A stretch of 64,000 nt of DNA from Octopus vulgaris. Taxonomy: Eukaryota. Position 1 is the stretch's first letter; every line of letters starts with the position of its first letter. A program made the position numbers and the translations under genes. Positions 26,235 to 41,502 of the stretch are shown here, piece by piece. Location of the stretch: positions 171,554,001-171,618,000 of the forward strand of contig OX597817.1 of the NCBI GenBank assembly GCA_951406725.2, written 5' to 3'. Below the pieces are notes generated by a model. That model worked only from the letters and a program-made list of their open reading frames with translations. It did no database searches and was not told where the DNA came from.

Positions 26235-29200
26235 AAGTTAAAAATATCTGAGCTAGCTCAACTAGATAGTTATGTACACACACAAACACATACCGTATAT
26301 ACTCATACGGTATATACCCTTATAGACAGATAGATAAAGATACAGATATCAATCTTTTAGTCATGTAAAGACAGAAAATGTAAACTCGTTTGGTTTACTC
26401 TCCTATTCAGTCTTAATGTAAATATTTGTATCACTAAACAGTTTCTTTTTGTACTTATTAGACAAACACTTTCTGAAGAACTGTAAAATATTTTCTACTG
26501 CAGGCACAAGGCACGAAATTTTTTTGGGGAGAGTGGGGGGGCAATCGATTAGATCAATGCCAGTACACAACTAGTACATAATTTAGCGAACCTGAAAGGA
26601 TGAAAGGCAAAATCGACTTAAGTGGAATTTGAACTCAGAACATGAAAACAGGTGAAATTCTGCTAAGTATTTCGCCAGGTGTGCTAACTTTTCTGCCAGT
26701 TTGCCACCTTCTTTTCTACTCTAGGCACAAAGCCCGAAATTTTGGGGAGGGGACCAGTCAATTAGATCGACCCCAGTACACAACCGGTACTTAATTTATC
26801 GACTCTGAAAGTATGGAAGGCAAAGTCGACCTCGGTGGAATTTGAACTCAGAACATAAAGGCAGATGAAATACCACTAAGCATTTCACATGGAGTGCTGA
26901 CGTTTCTGCCAGCTCACTGCTTTGAAGAACTATTAATTACACAAGTAAGTGTGGTTGTGTGGTAAGAAGCTTGCTTCCCAACAACATTTGTGTGGCACCT
27001 TGGGCAAGTGTCCTCTACTACAGCTAACCAAAGCCTTGTGAGTGGATTTGGTAGACAGAAACTGAAAGAAGCCTGTTGTGTGTGTGTGTGTGTGTCTGTG
27101 TGTGTGTGTGTTTGTGTGTGTGTGTATATGTATATGTGTGTTTGTGCTTGTCCCCCACCAATTGCCAACTGACTAGTATTATTAAGGTGCTAGGCTGGCA
27201 GAATCATTAGCATTTTGGATAATTTGCTTAGTGCATTTCCTCTGTCTTTACATTCTGAATTCAGATTTCACTGAGGTCTACTTTGCCTTTCATCTTTTTA
27301 GGATTGATAAATTAAAGTACCAGTGAAATACTGGCACTGATATAATCGACTTATCCACTCTCTCAAAATTTCATGTCGATTATTATCCTTATTATTATTA
27401 TTATTATTGTTATTATTATTATTATTATTTTTTAAATTTTTTTTTAAATATGTAGTGGAGTCAAATTGTTTGACTAATCCCCCCTTCAAGTTGGTGCTGC
27501 AGCATGGCCACAGTCCAATGACTGAGGCAAGTAGAAAATAAAAGAGCCTAAAATTTTAAATAGAAATAATGTTAAATTTAGCTTTAGCTGTATGCATAGT
27601 TTTACAACTAAAATAGTACAAATCTCAAACATCCTTCTATATCTAAAATATTCTCCACTAATTTAATTGCTTTAATTCTATATATTGCCCATTCAATAAT
27701 GCATGTCTTTTGAGATTGATAGTTTACTGTCCCAAAGTATTTACAGCAGATATTTCAGTTCCTGAGGGTTAACTGAAAATAAATTTAAAGGGCAATTTAA
27801 TCAGCATCTGCATTCTTTTGAAATTCACAAAGATATTTAGATATATGCTTATCAAAATACAGTAAGTATTTGAAACAATGTTAAGGACTACAAAATTGTC
27901 TGGAATATATTACTACATGTCAGACTTTACAAACAGCCGACAACTGTGATCTTTGCCTTTGTTTCCCATGAAATTGGATTTATAGTTTTGTAAATGTTCC
28001 ATCTTGAACAAACGTTCAAAACTGATACTTTCTTTTGTAGTCAGAAATCAAAACAATTGTCAAATATCCTGAATCTCCTAACGACTGAAAACTGTATAAC
28101 TGCAATAGTACAAACATCACGTTCTTAAAATAACAACAATCAAAATATTCCTTTGGTTAACATGAATAAAAAAATTCCTTATTTTTTTTTAACTTGCCAT
28201 ATATCAAAAAGACAAGCAAGCCTTATAAAATAAATGCTATCTGTCTTTATACAATGTAAAACCATTTTGTCTTTATACAATACAAGGCTATCTGTCTTCT
28301 TACAATGAACAGACAGCCATATACAATAAAGTTCTGACTACATCATACAGTTTTGTACAGTTCACATACCTATTTCATGTGTTTTCTTTTTACATAATTT
28401 ACACTACACGTAAGCACAAAGTTCCTTCATATATTAAATTGATTGCTCTAAAATTAGTAAGACACGATGGAATCAATCAATATGATCCCACCATTAAAGT
28501 AGAATTCATAACTTATTCTTCATACTCTCACAGAGTTCGTTTCACAGCCAGTTTTTTTTTTGTACACAGATGTGTATCACTTTTATTCATTGATTTTACA
28601 CCAATTTCTCTATATTGGCATTTGTTCAATGAATGTGTATTTGAGGCAGTGATCTTATCAAAGCCCTTTCCTATTTTACAAGTAAGGGAGTTTTTATTCC
28701 ACTACTTCTAGAGTACACAGCCAGAGTTATAGGAAATGTGAACTGTTATAACGTGGATCCTCATTGACAATGTAATATTCTGGTTACCACTGTTATGTTG
28801 TGGCGGTATTCCACATCTTGTTACATTTGACTTGTTTATTGTGCTAACACTGATAACTCTGCAAAACAATGACTTGAAATATCTACCTTGACGTAACTCA
28901 CACTGACTCCAACTGAGAACTCCCACAATGACTCTACTACTACTGACCTCCTACATTGACTGACTGTCTGACTTTATAGTGGCTGTCACATACCACTTTG
29001 TCATGTGGGAAGGGGAGTATCATTTTCACTACAACTTAAACACAACAACACCATTCTGTTTCACCCAGATATCTCGTGTAAGAAGTGCAAATATCTTTCA
29101 CTCATGCACACATATGTATGCTCACACACAGACACACACACTCAATGGGCTTCCATGCAGTTTCTATCAACCAGTTTAATTCACAAGGTATTGTGTGTCA

Positions 29201-29425
29201 CAAGACAATAATAGAAGACATATATTCTAGATCCTGGGTAGTGGTACTGAATGTAGGATGACATGGGGGCAAAACAAACTTCTTGACCGTAGAGCCATGA
29301 CAGCACACATATATGTTTATCACTAGCCAGAAAAGTAATCTTTCAAAGTATATCTGTTTGTCTAGCTATCTAATATTATATACATGTTTATATATGTGTG
29401 TGTGTGTGTGTATTATATATATATG

Positions 29426-29632
29426 TACATATAAGAGAGATGACCACTAAGTGTACAACCATTATGCTAGAAGTAGACCCCATATTTTGGTATCTTTCCA
29501 TTTGTCTTGCTCACTTATGTTCTGGTGTTTGCTGAATTTTCTTGAGAACAATCTTTTCTTAGTGGTCAGACCATATTGGATCTACCTCTAGCATAATGGA
29601 TGTCCACTTAGTGGTCACCCCTCTTATATGTA
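29426..29632. repeat. ~60-bp inverted repeat with ~85-bp spacer plus tail to ~29738
   Basis: tacatataagagagatgaccactaagtg...atgctagaagtaga versus tctacctctagcataatggatgtccacttagtggtcacccctcttatatgta. Confidence 0.9.
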
Positions 29633-29734
29633 TGTAATATAATTTTTCTGAATCTTCAGGTTTTTCAATATGCTAGGCCACTGGTTTTAAATTGATATTA
29701 ATCAAATTAATATTCAATTTTCACCCTAATTATT

Positions 29735-29785
<51 letters not shown>

Positions 29786-30211
29786 AAGGAAATAAAATAG
29801 AGAAATTGATATCCAGACATCAATTTATTGAAATAAATCCAATTTTTGAGCAATATCAAACTCATAGATCCTATGATTGTTTTCATGCCCAATTAATTCA
29901 AATTAGAAAAATTGTATCAGAGATTCATAATTAATGTAGTTAATTGAACATTTTCTTTTCCTTATATCTAAATGGTGATATACCCATATCCATCAATGTG
30001 AAGCTAACATCTTTTAGTATTTCACTGATACACTGGATAAAACTGGGGAACCTGGATGCTGACATACCTTTAAGAGATATTTACATCCTTGAAATAATAT
30101 ATATATATATGTCTGTATACATATATATATATATATATATATGTAGGTCCCGGGTTGATTCGGGGTTAACCACAGTAAGTAAGGTACTCAATACATAGCA
30201 GAGTAAAATTA

Positions 30212-30337
30212 ATTTATTATATAGAAGGAGTTTACAGGACTAGTACTGTTTCATTCAAGAGAAATCTTCAGGAAGCTCTTCCTGAAGATTTCTCTTGAAT
30301 GAAACAGTACTAGTCCTGTAGAAGCTCCTTCTATATA

Positions 30338-30343
<6 letters not shown>
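30212..30343. repeat. ~65-bp-arm palindrome with a 2-nt loop, between (TA)n tracts
   Basis: tttattatatagaaggag...cttcaggaag [ct] cttcctgaag...ctccttctatataataaa. Confidence 0.95.
30278..30324 (+). ncRNA. Type I hammerhead ribozyme motif (mirrored on the minus strand at ~30231-30280)
   Basis: CUUC-CUGAAGA-U-UUC(UCUU)GAA-U-GAAACAG(UACUAGUC)CUGUA-GAAG: stem I CUUC/GAAG, stem III ACAG/CUGU with palindromic ACUAGU loop, U.U at the base of stem II. Confidence 0.65.
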
Positions 30344-30378
<35 letters not shown>

Positions 30379-31273
30379 GGGTGTATATATATATATAGAG
30401 AGAAAGAGAAAATAGTAAAGTAAAATAACTACAGAAGGCTTGTTTTAAAAGGTTAAAAAATATATATTTGAGTCAATATGTCTGAAGAATGTTATAAATT
30501 TTTTTCATACAATGACATAGTATAGAAGAAATGACCGGGTCTGTACGTATCACGTCAGGTCGACGATGGGAAGGATGGCTTCCCTTTGCAAATACCAATA
30601 GGGCACAGAAAGTGTGTCAATAGCCAGCGAGAGAGGATGTTCTCCTGGGGCTACAAGCCACATTAACATCCACCCTTAGTGGTTAGCCACATTTAGATGG
30701 CAAATATACTTCACATATATATATATATTAATAGTTAGATTGTAAGTTGATATCTACTGATATTTTAAAATCAGTAAAGTTAATATTTTTTTAAATAATT
30801 CAATTTTGAAAATCCATCTCTAATGAAACAAAGTTAGATAGCAAGCTTACAGACTTACTATTAATAAACATATTTCTACTAAGTTGAGTACTTACTGTAA
30901 ATACATTGAATACTAACTGTAGCTTTTATTGGTAATACTATTACAGATTGTTTTACACACTTACATGCACTCTCACACATGCCTTCATCATCATCATCAT
31001 TGTCATCAACATCATCAATTTAATATCCACTTTTCCATGGGTAAAATGGCATTTACTGAGGCAGATTTGCTACGACCAGATGCCCTTCTTGCCTCCAGTT
31101 TTCACCTGCTTCTAAGTAAGGTAATATTTCTTCATGACTTGACATGTTTTTGCAGAACATTGGAAATGAATGACACTGCTTGTATGACAGTGACGCTCAT
31201 TTACAACCATCACATGATGCCAATACAAGGAGATGCAAGCACACACACATTCACTCTCACACTTACATACGAT

Positions 31274-31326
<53 letters not shown>

Positions 31327-31574
31327 GATATGCATGTATATATATATATACATGCATATATATATATATATATATATGTATGTATATATATATGTATATA
31401 TATATGTATTTGTATATATATGTATATATGTATGTATGTATGTATGTATTCTGTGTATCTTGGTAAAAGATATTTTATTGTAGCTTTGCCTTAAGCCAAT
31501 CAATATGTTGTGAATGTAATTGGTAGACTAAAACTGTATAGAAGTCTACAGTATGTGTTGTGTGTGCTTGTGTA

Positions 31575-31667
<93 letters not shown>

Positions 31668-34459
31668 ACATGTATTCATGTATGTGGTGTTTATGTATGC
31701 ATGTAAATATTTGAATGATCATATCCTGAGCTTTGCATGAAATCATGAACTTAAAATAGCAAAAAATATATTGGTAATATTTGCTGATATTCCGTATCAG
31801 AAAAAGACCATCATCATCCTACAGCTCTGCACATTTGAAGATAAAAAGCATAAATAATCTCTTACTTGAAAAATGGGTAAGGGTTAGAGACAGGAAGGGC
31901 ATCCAACTGTAAAACAACACCTCAACAATATGTATTGATCCATAAATGGAAAGTGAACATATTGAAGATGTTTCACCCTCAATTTTTGTACTGAGTGTTT
32001 TAATATTAACTGTGAGTTAATCTATAATAACATTGCAGATTGTTTCATCCACACACACACAAACACCCTCACACACATGCATACACAAATATCCATATAT
32101 ATATGCTTACACACACATGCACACAGGAATAATTGAAGTTTAATCACCAGTGTAATCTTGCATTTGAAGTGAAGTCATGGTATGTTATGTATTATAATAC
32201 ACACACACACACATACACACACACATGTATGTATATTATATATATCTGTAAGCATATATGTATTTATATATGCAAACATATATGTGTGTGTAGTTTATGT
32301 ACACACACAGTCACACACACACATGCACGCACACACACACACCACATACACATGTATGTATATGTATATACAGTGGCATCATTTACTTTAAAGACAAGAT
32401 TATACTGATGATTAAATGTTAATTATTTCCGTTTGTTTAATCACAAACGATCTAAAACTATTAATGAATAAGAAGAGAGGTTTTCACTTTTTTTGAAATA
32501 CTCTAAGTTTAAACAGGAAAATTTTAATTACCATAATACAATTATTGACATTAATAAAGATACAAAAATGAATGTCACTTAATCTAAGTATATTCTTAAA
32601 AAAAAAGTGTTTTAATTTTAATATTCAATATAATATTTTATCTACACAAGAGAAACTATTAATAGTTATTTGATTATATTATCGTTCAATCTGCTTTGGC
32701 AGAATTGTTAGTTCATTGGGAAAATGTTTTTTTTTCTTTTATTCTTCTACTTGTTTCAATCATTAGATTGTGGCCAAGCTGGGGCACAGCCTTGAAGAAT
32801 TTTAGTCACATAAACTGACACCAGTGCTTTTTATTTTTTAAGCCTGGTACTTATTCTATCGATTTCTTTAGCCGAACCGCTAAGTTATGGGGATATAAAC
32901 ACACCAACACTGGTTGTCAAGCTGTGGTGAGGGACAGTCACGTGCACATAGATATACACATAAACATATACATCAGGCATATACATATATACACATATAT
33001 ATCACATATACATAATATACATATATCATATATTATCATATATATACAGATACACATATATCAGTTCTGTGAGTAATTACTCAGGGTAGGCAGTTGGTGA
33101 TGTTTATGTAGTAAAACACGAAAAAATATAAGCAAAATGCCGGCACATGACTAAGGTGAAGGCAGATTTACTTCTGCCTTTATGGCACATAAAGAAAATG
33201 TTGTTGTAGGAGTGTGCACAGCATGTGTGTTACAGCAGTACTATGTGTAGTTTTAATACTGAGATTGAAAAGCAGGGGCAAGTTATACATACCTAATCTA
33301 CAAAAAAATAAAATATTTTGCATAAAATGCAAAATAATCAGAGTAACCTTCATAATTTTATGGAATTCGGTGCATATTTTGCCATAAAAGGAAAATGTTA
33401 CTATTGATCTATTGCATTCAGGATAGGCACTGCCTACCTTGCCTACCCAGGTGGCACGTCCCTGATATATATACACAACAGGATTCTTTTAATTTCCATC
33501 TACCAAATCCATTCACAAGGTTTTGGTCTGCTAGGTTATGGGGACACACAAACTCTGGTTGTCAGACTGACACATGTACATAGATGTACACATATATATA
33601 TACGATGGGCTTCTTTTAGTTTCCATCTACCAAATCCATTCACAAGGCTTTGGTCAGCCCATGGCTATAGAAGAAGACACTCGCCCAAAGTGACATGCAG
33701 TGAGACTGAATCCGGAACCATGTGGTTGGTAAGCAAGCTACTTACCACACAGTCACACCTGTGCCTCCACACAGCTACTCCTGCACCTGTTTCTTTCCAT
33801 TCTTTCTATTCTTAGTTCAAATTCCATTAAAAAATTCAAGAGTGTAGTTTAAATATGTTTGTAGCTGTTGCTGTTTAAATCCAGGTATGCCTGTACTAAG
33901 CAAAGCTATGATAAAACCATGACTGCTCTATGCTGTGCTCTAGAGCATTGCCTATCCAAGACTGCATTATTCAAAATAATCTTCCGTTTTCAAAAGATGC
34001 TAAAGTGGAAGAAATTTGACTGCAATTTTTTGCAGATTGATTGACCACATAGAAGTGACCTCTTTGGTTTGCTTTGTTCTGTAACTATGTCCTTGACATA
34101 TTTTACTATGGCAGTAAGACTGGGAGAGTAAGTAGAACAGATACATAGTCACAGTTTTAGCAACAGCTGGGATTTATCGCCAAAGAGCAGATGTACAGGT
34201 AATAATTCCCATATACTACTGATTCTATAGAATCAACTAATAACACCACTCCCAGTTTATTGCTTTCAAGATCCTAGTTTGAAACCCCACCCCCAAACAA
34301 AACTGAATTATAAGAAAAGAAAAACAGTGTTTGTTTGTGTATGTGTGTGTGAGACTACATGTGAATTTTTGCACATAAATGCTTGTATTTTATGCAATTG
34401 TAAATTTTTAGATTCACATAATGTGCTTATGTCTAAGAATATTACATAAACCCAATAAA

Positions 34460-34764
34460 CGTCGCCCTTTTCAAGCCTAGCCAGGCTCATGGGCCCAGTT
34501 TCCTGTTTTCTGTGGCGTATGTGTTCCTCCCAGCTGGACGGGACACCAGTCCATCGCAGCGCTACTCAAGAAACAGGAAGAGAAAGTGAGAGAAAGTTGT
34601 GGCGAAAGAGTACAACAGGGGTTGCAACCAGCCCCTGCCAGAGCCTCGTGATGCTTTTAGGTGTTTTCGTTCAATAAACACACACAATGCCCGGTCTGGG
34701 AATCGAAACCGCGATCCTCCAACCGCAAGTCCGCTGCCCTAACCAGTTGGCCAATGCGCCTCCA
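34460..34764 (-). mobile_element. tRNA-derived SINE (head shared with 54673-55056, tail shared with 24250-24496)
   Basis: Direct sequence sharing is visible with both elements. Confidence 0.8.
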
Positions 34765-35230
34765 TAAGAATATTACATATAATGCATTAATTAATCATTT
34801 CAAAATTATGAGAGGGATTTCCAACATCTGAAAGGATCTTCAGATGCTGGACCTCACTGAGGAAAGGACAAGGGACCAGGAGACATGATGATTTGCTTAC
34901 TTGATAAGATACATCAAGCTAAGTACATTCACTGCCTTCCACACATACTGGCTTGTCCTTTCAGGTGCTGGTGCCATTTAAAAGGCACCTGTGCCACTTA
35001 AAAGGTAGCCATGCTGTGTTAACAGACCCATGCTGGTGGTGTGTAAACACACCCATGCCAGTAGCATGTAAAAAGCACCCAGCACACTCTGTAAAGTGGT
35101 TGGCATTAGGAAGGGCATTCAGCCATAGAAACCTTGCCAAATCAGACTGGAGTCTGGTGCAGCTTCCCAGCTTCAGTCAAACCGTCCATCCCATGCCAGC
35201 ATGGACAATGGACATCAAATGATGATGATG

Positions 35231-35289
<59 letters not shown>

Positions 35290-35555
35290 CAATAAGAAAA
35301 AGGAAGTCCTTGGAACAGTATTATATATTTGAAACAAAAAACAAAAAAAATGAATAGAAATGGTTGTCCTGATAATTTTTCTACTTAAATAGTTAACTGA
35401 TTATAAACATTTAATTATTAAAGTGGAAAAATTATCAGAAAAGCCATTTCTAATAACTTTCTCAAATTCACACACGTGCGCGCACACACACACACACTCA
35501 CACACACATGCACACACACACACACACACATATCAACATACACACAGATATATAC

Positions 35556-35718
<163 letters not shown>

Positions 35719-36037
35719 CATGCATATAGATGTATACTGCTACTGTTAAGTTTAGAGCTCTTTGTAGATTATCATTAACCCGTCTGCATCCAGTATAGTA
35801 ACTACTATACTTAGTAGTATTACTACTTATGATTTACATAGCAAATGTAGGAGAACACAAGTTTATATTGTTTCTTCCAACATATGTTTCACCATTGTGC
35901 TTGTTTGGAACTTTGCATTCGATGCTCCAAGTTCAATGGAATGCTCAATCACAATGGATCATATGAAGAACACTTTATTGCACCAAATTACATTAGTCTT
36001 TTGTAACGTTACATCAGGTTTTCTGCTTATTGTAACA

Positions 36038-36563
<526 letters not shown>

Positions 36564-37062
36564 ATATCTTATATAAAATCTGTCCTGTCTGTCTGTGCGT
36601 GTGTCTTCTAGGATCTCGAGCATCCTCCATATATATAAACATATATCATAAAAATAAAAAGCATAATGCACTGAAATATTATGCTGGAAAAATATGTTTA
36701 TGAGATAAGATGTTTACATAGTCGCCTGGTTTCGCTTGTTTAGGTATTCGTGTCTCAGCAGTTAGTACTGATGTTATGATTTTATGCTGCTATAATTAGT
36801 TGTTGTCATTCACTGTTTGTTAATGATCATAACATCATCACTAACTGCTCAGTCATGAAGTGTTAGAGAAGCAAAACCAATCAAGTATTTCATAACAATA
36901 TTTTTTAAGCAAAAATTTCAGTGCATCTTCCATTTTGTTTTCACTGTAACTCGTGATGAGCTTTTCTGGAACTTTTTTTCTCTATATGTATATGTCTTTG
37001 ATAAATGTCAATGTATGAAAATCTAAAGCCTTGAGTTGCTTAGTAACTTCTTCCAATTAAAT

Positions 37063-37184
<122 letters not shown>

Positions 37185-37200
37185 TATATACATATATATG

Positions 37201-37278
<78 letters not shown>

Positions 37279-37487
37279 TGCCAGCTTCGTCTGGCACCTG
37301 TGCCGGTGGCTCGTAAAAGGCACCCACTACACTCATGGAGTGGTTGGCGTTAGGAAGGGCATCCAGCTGTAGAAACATTGCCAGATCAGACTGGGCCTGG
37401 TGCAGCCTTCTGGCTTCCCAGACCCCAGTTGCACCGTCCAACCCATGCTAGCATGGAAAGCGGACGCTAAACGATGATGATGATGAT

Positions 37488-37585
<98 letters not shown>

Positions 37586-38049
37586 TCTTGTATGATTAGA
37601 TGAAAGTTAACATACTTGTCATTTTGCATTTTTAATAACATTTAGAAATGTTTAGATTTCAATCATTTTCCTTGATACTTTGATATCTTATAAATATGTA
37701 ACTAATTTAAAAACCCATCAAAATATTACCTTCTGCAAAAGTAAATTCTGATAAGACGAGCACCGTTCTTTATAAACAATAGCAGGTCTCGTCAATAAAA
37801 TTAACAGCAAGGTGTTATTTGTATTTTTTCTTTTTTTTTTTGTAGTTTGTCTCAGAAGGATAAAAAGTAAAAGTGATGTCAGACATGACTTGAACTTAGG
37901 TTGTCTAATATCTTCTGCTGTGTTTGTAGCAAGTAACCAAAAAAATGAAAAAAATAAATGTCACTTCTATATATTATTTTCCTTGTAATTCCATAATTTA
38001 AATTCAAATTTCTAATCCTGCTGAATGTTGTAAGATGATGATTATCTCC

Positions 38050-38312
38050 TTTGTACAAAGGAGTGACAGAGAGAGAGAGAGGAGAAATGGAAAGAAAGGA
38101 AGAGACGTAAACAAGAGACTATGGCACTACAACCAGCCAGGAACAGTCTTCGCTACATTTGCGGTACCTGCCAGAGGGAGTGTTTGTCCAGGATAGGACT
38201 ACACAGCCACAGCAGGAAATGTATCAGGACATGAAATATAAAAGCCGGAGACTAGACTACTTCATGCACAACTCCATTGTCTCCCGAGACAGAAAGGATG
38301 CCAACCAACAAT
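38050..38312 (+). mobile_element. 3' end of a second RTE-clade LINE family (terminal C2H2 zinc finger)
   Basis: EKWKERKRRKQETMALQPARNSLRYICGTCQRECLSRIGLHSHSRKCIRT* (stop 38232-38234) matches the C-x2-C...SRIGL.SH...C terminus of RTE ORFs. It is followed by caactccattgtctcccgagacagaaaggatgccaac. Confidence 0.85.
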
Positions 38313-38661
38313 AGCTGCCATCACAATGGCTTGATGCGCTTCCTCTCACCAACTCTCACTCATTTCCAAGTAAGGTAATATTTACTCATGGAGGGACATA
38401 TTTTCATGGAAGATTGGAAATGAGGGTCACCATTCGTATGATGGCATCATTCTTTTATAATTCTTATGTGATGTCAAGATAAGGAGACACAAACACTCTC
38501 ATAGACGTACTGCCATACACACACACACACACGACAGGCTTTTTTTAGGTTTTTGTCTACTAAATCAACTCAGAAGTTTTAGTTATCCTGGGATAATAGA
38601 AGACACTTGTCCAAAGTGGCACACACCACATGACTAGGAATTAAGCTTCCAACCATGCATA

Positions 38662-39054
38662 GGTGCAGGAGTGGCTGTGTGGTAAGTAGCTTGCTAACCA
38701 ACCACATGGTTCCGGGTTCAGTCCCACTGCGTGGCATCTTGGGCAAGTGTCTTCTGCTATAGCCCCGGGCCGACCAAAGCCTTGTGAGTGGATTTGGTAG
38801 ATGGAAACTGAAAGAAGCCTGTCGTATATATGTATATATATATATATGTATGCATGTTTGTGTGTCTGTGGTTGTCCCCCTAGCATTGCTTGACAACCGA
38901 TGCTGGTGTGTTTACGTCCCCGTCACTTAGCGGTTCGGCAAAAGAGATCCGATAGAATAAGTACTGGGGTCGATTTTCTCGACTAAAAGGCGGTGCTCCA
39001 GCATGGCCGCAGTCAAATGACTGAAACAAGTAAAAGAGTAAAGAGTAAAAGAGT
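38662..39054 (+). mobile_element. SINE family A
   Basis: Near-identical copy with a small internal deletion, inserted next to an older opposite-strand copy. Confidence 0.9.
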
Positions 39055-40155
39055 ATCAATGCCTAAAAGCATTAAAAAGAATGGCATTTACCCAATAGCA
39101 CAACTATTGTAAATTTTGAGATACAGACAGTGCCTCTAAATAGTCATTCACTCAATCAGCTTTAAATAGAAACCAAATATATTTCAAATCACCCACTATC
39201 ATATCAAAAATAGATACATTGGATAAAGTAATCCACGATATACTATGTCAGAAAAAAAAAATAAGATGACCATCATCATCATCATCATCATCATCGTTTA
39301 ACGTCCGCTTTCCATGCTAGCATGGGTTGGACGGTTCAACTGGGGTCTGGGGAGCCCGAAGGCTGCACCAGGCCAGTCAGATCTGGCAGTGTTTCTACAG
39401 CTGGATGCCCTTCCTAACGCCAACCACTCCGAGAGTGTAGTGGGTGATTTTATGTGCCACCGACACAGGTGCCAGACGAGGCTGGCGAACGGCCACGCTC
39501 GGATGGTGTTTTTTTATGTGCCACCGACACAGGTGCCAGACGAGGCTGGCGAACGACCACGATCGGATGGTGTTTGTTACGTGCCCACAGCACGGAGGCC
39601 AGTCAATGCGGTACTGGCTACGGCCACGTTCGGATGGTTTTCTTATGTGCCACAAAGATACAAATTCCATTGATGTTCATCTATTTTGATTTGGTTTGAT
39701 TTGCCCTGAATAGAATATTTTAGAAAACTGAAATGCTTAAGCAGGACTCAGCTGAGTTCAAATGACTTTCTTGTATCAATTTCTTTTGAAACGATGATGT
39801 AGTTTTAAGCTTATCTTGTAAAGTCAGTGCTTCTTTAGGGTTTTTTTTTTATTACCAACAGAAAAGATAGCAGTTTCCCATCTGATATCTTTATTCTAAG
39901 AATATTTAACTCCTATACTATCTTTCTGATTGATTATGTTTTATGGCAGTGTTTTTCAACTATAAAGTATTCCCAGTTCTCTGTAGCAACACCTGGGATT
40001 CTATGATGTTTTCCAGTCCGCTAACCGACTTCAAATTCAAATGCTAAATACAATAGCAATAATGATAATAATAATAATAATGATAATAATAATAATAATA
40101 ATAATAATGATAATAATAGTAATAATAATAATAATAATAATGATAATAATGATAA

Positions 40156-40542
40156 TACTCTTTTACTTGTTTCAGTCATTTGACTGCGACTATGTTGGAG
40201 CACCGCCTTTAGTCGAGCAAATCGACCCCGGGACTTATTCTTTGTAAGCCCAGTACTTATTCTATTGGTCTCTTTTGCCGAACCACTAAGTGACGGGGAC
40301 GTAAACACACCAGCATCGGTTGTCAAGCAATGCTAGGAGAACAAACACACACACACATATATATATATACATATATATACGACAGGCTTCTTTCAGTTTC
40401 CGTCTACCAAATCCACTCACAAGGCATTGGTCGGCCCGGGGCTATAGCAGAAGACACTTGCCCAAGATGCCACGCAGTGGGACTGAACCCGGAACCATGT
40501 GGTTGGTTAGCAAGCTACTTACCACACAGCCACTCCTGCGCC
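40156..40542 (-). mobile_element. SINE family A, inserted in (AAT)n
   Basis: Reverse complement of the consensus; (AAT)n on both flanks. Confidence 0.92.
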
Positions 40543-40588
<46 letters not shown>

Positions 40589-40836
40589 TTATCATAATGC
40601 TTTCCATTGTAGGCACAAGGTCTGAAATTTGAAGGAGGCGGCCGGTCGATTACATTGACTTCAGCACTTACCAGCTGGTACTTATTTCATTGACCTAGAA
40701 AGGATGAAAGGGAAAGTTGACCTCTGTGAAATTTGAACCCAAAACATAAAAATGGACAAAATGCCACTAAGCATTTGGTCTGGTGCGTGAATAGTTCTGC
40801 CAGCTCACCATCCTAATAATAATAATAATAATAATA

Positions 40837-40868
<32 letters not shown>

Positions 40869-41106
40869 AATTTTAATAATAATAATAATAATAGTTGGTA
40901 GAATTGTTAGCATGCTGGACAAAATGCTTAGTGGTATTTTGGCCATCACTACATTCTGAGTTCAAATTCTGCCAAGGTTGACTTTGCCTTTCATCCTTTT
41001 GGGGTCGATAAATTGAGTACCAGTGAGACACTGGGGTCGATGTAATCGACTAGTCCCCTTCCCCCAAATTTCAGTCCTTGTACCTATAATGGAAAGGATT
41101 ATTATT

Positions 41107-41502
41107 CAGCCTCGGCTGGCCCCCGTGCCGGTGACACGTAAAAGCACTGTCCGTTCGTGGCCGTTTGCCAGCTCTGTCTGGCCCCCGTGTCGGTGGCACG
41201 TAAAAGCACCATCTGTTCGTGTCCGTTGCCAGCATCGCCTGGCCCCGTGCCGGTGACACGTAAAAGCACCATCCGTTCATGGCCGTTTGCCAGCTCTGTC
41301 TGGCACCCGTGCGGGTGGCACGTAAAAAGCACCCACTACACTCGCGGAGTGGTTGGCGTTAGGAAGGGCATCCAGCCGTAGAAACACTGCCAGATCTGAC
41401 TGGGCCTGACGAAGCCTTCCAGCTTCACAGACCCCAGTTGACCCGTCCAACCCATGCTAGCATGGAAAGCGGATGCTAACGATGATGATGATGATGATGA
41501 TG
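41107..41502 (+). mobile_element. RTE-tailed SINE-like family B (representative copy)
   Basis: Internal ggtggcacgtaaaagcacc repeats, then ggttggcgttaggaagggcatccagc...ccaacccatgctagcatggaaagcgga...(gat)n, matching the RTE 3' end at ~15760-16000. Other copies at ~3790-4080(+), 6703-7270(-), 24955-25332(+), 34960-35232(+), 37277-37488(+), 39270-39700(-), 52390-52680(+), 59085-59385(-), 62065-62480(-). Confidence 0.85.

Noticed and set aside
29840-29928. Possible hammerhead-like motifs at ~29860-29925(-) and ~20258-20285(+)
   Set aside because: The cores are non-canonical (CUGAUAC; CUGGUGA...GACAA) and stem I cannot be formed convincingly.
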